Sequence record: OL989991.1
Source: Enterobacter phage vB_EclM_Q7622
Strand: one strand, 5' to 3'
DNA: 32,000 nucleotides
Shown: one piece after another, positions 30,041-32,000 of the stretch
Position numbering within the stretch: the stretch's first letter is position 1
How the letters are laid out: the number at the start of each line of letters is the position of its first letter
Notes under the pieces: model-generated
Told to the model about the DNA's origin: nothing
The model's database searches: none
Seen by the model: only the letters and a program-made list of their open reading frames with translations
Translations under genes and position numbers: made by a program

Positions 30041-31775
30041 ATCTGAACAACAGAGTTTTCGTCGTAGAAAGATTATAGAAGAGTCAGCTCCTCAGCGCCG
30101 TGCTGAGGCCCTGGCTTCTACTCAAAACGACGAATTAAGTAATATTGGTTCTCAGCTACAAGACGTCCAGGCGGCCACAGAGATGGCCGCTGAAGGCATT
30201 GAACAACAAACCGGAGTAATACAAACATCATTAGACAAAATTGGTAAAAAGGTTGATGATGTCGAGGCCGGTGTAGAACTTGTAGCAGAATCATCCGAAT
30301 CAACTGCAGCCGCAGCTAATGAAACTTCTGCTGCGGCAAAAGCTATTTCAAATAAGTTGGCAAAACTTTCTGAAATGCTTTCTGCTAAATTTAGTGCGGA
30401 CCCTAGTCGTGTTCCACAGGCAACTGAAACCGCAGTGGCTGCAGTAGAATCTAATATGCCTATGCCGGTTGAAGAACCAAAGCTTAGAGAACTGTTAGAA
30501 AAATTAATCCCAGGTGATGCTCCGGCTGAAGATGCCCCGTTCCTTCCTCCTGTGGTTCAACCTCCACAAGAAGAGCAAAAACAAGATAAACCATCTAAAC
30601 AACCCCCTGAAGGTAGTAAATTAGATGACCTTTTGAAAACAACTAAAAAAGGATTTGGTGCTATTGTAAGTGTTACGGACCGAATTGCCGGAATGCTTTT
30701 CAAATACACTATTACGGCTGTAGCCCAGGCTGCTAAATTCGCTGGTATGTTATTAGCATTAGTTGTCGGCATCGATATGATTCAAGTTTATTTCCAGTAC
30801 TTTATGAAAGAGTTTAATAAGTCGTGGGATGAATTTGATAAGAAATTCGAAGAATGGGGTCCACTGATATCAGACCTTTTAATAATGACCAAAAACGTGT
30901 CTAAAATGTTTGATGAAGGAAACTGGTTTAAATTAGCCGAAGCTATTGTCAAAGGTATGGTTAAACTAACCTTGAATATGGCTGATATTTTAATGCTCGG
31001 TATCGGTAAATTAACTGCATCGTTATTACGTTCTCTTGGTTTTGATGAAACCGCCGATAATATCGAAGGTGGTGCATTAATGACGTATCAACAGAATTCT
31101 GGTGCGGCGTTAAGTGAAGAAGACCAAACCACTCTTGCTAAATATCAAGATAGAAAAGATGCTGAAGCATATAAAGCCAAAGTAGAATTTAATGATCGGT
31201 TCAAAGGTAAAGACGGTGGACTTAAAGAGGCCCAATGGTATGGAACAGTAACAAAAGAAACTGCTCAAGAAATTAAAGCAGGTAAAGTTGATTCTTCTTT
31301 CCGTGACTTACCTGAATCTCAACGTCTTGAAATAATTAAAAAGCGTAACGAAACCGAGGCCGCAGCCCGTCGTTTAGTTAATAGAGCTGAAGAAATTATG
31401 ACACCTGACGAAAGAGATAAAGAGAACTTTAAGAAAGAAAAAGACCGTGTCGATACTCTTCTTAAAGACCCTGCTATTAAGCAAGATTCTGCTCTTCAGG
31501 CATTAGCCAAGAAAATAGATTTGAGCGCTAAGAAATTTGATAAGGTCCCTGTCCAGGCACAACCACCTGAACAAAAAGAAGAAACCATCCAAGTTAAAAG
31601 GGTTATGGAAGCTCAAAAAGCTAAAGAAGCTCAGAAAAATAATGCTGGTGATGGTAAGCTTGGAAATCTTATTCAACAAGTTAACGTTCAGAAAAATAAT
31701 AAGACGATGTATAACATGCCAGCCCAAACATCTATAGCAGATCCTGGCATGCATCGTTCTGTAAATGTGAACTAA
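30030..31775 (+). CDS. 29: Baseplate hub / tail length tape-measure protein gp29 (581 aa)
   Basis: [18 protein letters not shown]..., long helical and Ala-rich segment, hydrophobic central region; order 28-29-48. Confidence 0.9.
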   Translation: MSNKSEQQSFRRRKIIEESAPQRRAEALASTQNDELSNIGSQLQDVQAATEMAAEGIEQQTGVIQTSLDKIGKKVDDVEAGVELVAESSESTAAAANETSAAAKAISNKLAKLSEMLSAKFSADPSRVPQATETAVAAVESNMPMPVEEPKLRELLEKLIPGDAPAEDAPFLPPVVQPPQEEQKQDKPSKQPPEGSKLDDLLKTTKKGFGAIVSVTDRIAGMLFKYTITAVAQAAKFAGMLLALVVGIDMIQVYFQYFMKEFNKSWDEFDKKFEEWGPLISDLLIMTKNVSKMFDEGNWFKLAEAIVKGMVKLTLNMADILMLGIGKLTASLLRSLGFDETADNIEGGALMTYQQNSGAALSEEDQTTLAKYQDRKDAEAYKAKVEFNDRFKGKDGGLKEAQWYGTVTKETAQEIKAGKVDSSFRDLPESQRLEIIKKRNETEAAARRLVNRAEEIMTPDERDKENFKKEKDRVDTLLKDPAIKQDSALQALAKKIDLSAKKFDKVPVQAQPPEQKEETIQVKRVMEAQKAKEAQKNNAGDGKLGNLIQQVNVQKNNKTMYNMPAQTSIADPGMHRSVNVN

Positions 31776-31784
31776 GGAATTCAT

Positions 31785-32000
31785 ATGCAGGTAAAAGAAT
31801 TAACAGACATAGTGAGCGGCTGGAACACCGGTGAAAAAATATCGGCTGGTCAATCCAAAGTAGCTCCTATCCAAAAGACTATAAGTGCTCAATATCCTGC
31901 AGAACGTTCTTCTGGTAATGATTCTACTGGCGATTTTAGAGTTTCTGACCTTTATAAAAATGGGCTGTTATTTACAGCCTATGATTATTCGGCTAGAACA
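31785..32000 (+). CDS. 48: Baseplate tail tube cap gp48, N-terminal fragment (3' truncated by window edge)
   Basis: MQVKELTDIVSGWNTGEKISAGQSKVAPIQKTISAQYPAERSSGNDSTGDFRVSDLYKNGLLFTAYDYSART, as T4 gp48. Confidence 0.9.
   Translation, partial: MQVKELTDIVSGWNTGEKISAGQSKVAPIQKTISAQYPAERSSGNDSTGDFRVSDLYKNGLLFTAYDYSART

Overview
The window is an almost uninterrupted stretch of the virion-structure and DNA-packaging region of a T4-like myovirus (Tevenvirinae-type), read from sequence alone. Gene order matches canonical T4: 10(3' end)-11-12-wac-13-14-15-16-17-18-19-20-67-68-21-22-23-24, then a leftward block (rnlB, three small ORFs, hoc, inh), then uvsW-uvsW.1, then leftward uvsY.-2/uvsY/25/26, then rightward 51-27-28-29-48(5' end). 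No CRISPR array, homing endonuclease, intron, obvious tRNA or unknown multi-gene system was seen. The best second-look items are: (1) a tandem pair of 426-aa vertex-protein genes (24 plus a diverged paralog) with patchy near-identity; (2) a motif shared by the C-termini of the adjacent Hoc and Inh-like proteins; (3) a face-to-face late-promoter palindrome between inh and uvsW, and an overlapping bidirectional late promoter between 26 and 51; (4) a small HTH-like ORF whose start codon and likely -10 lie inside an inverted repeat; (5) an apparent gp26/gp51 divergent paralog pair; (6) a forced TTG start for gene 15 behind a UUCG hairpin; (7) three genuinely uncharacterised small leftward ORFs. 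T4 comparisons are from recalled T4 protein sequences, not from a database search.
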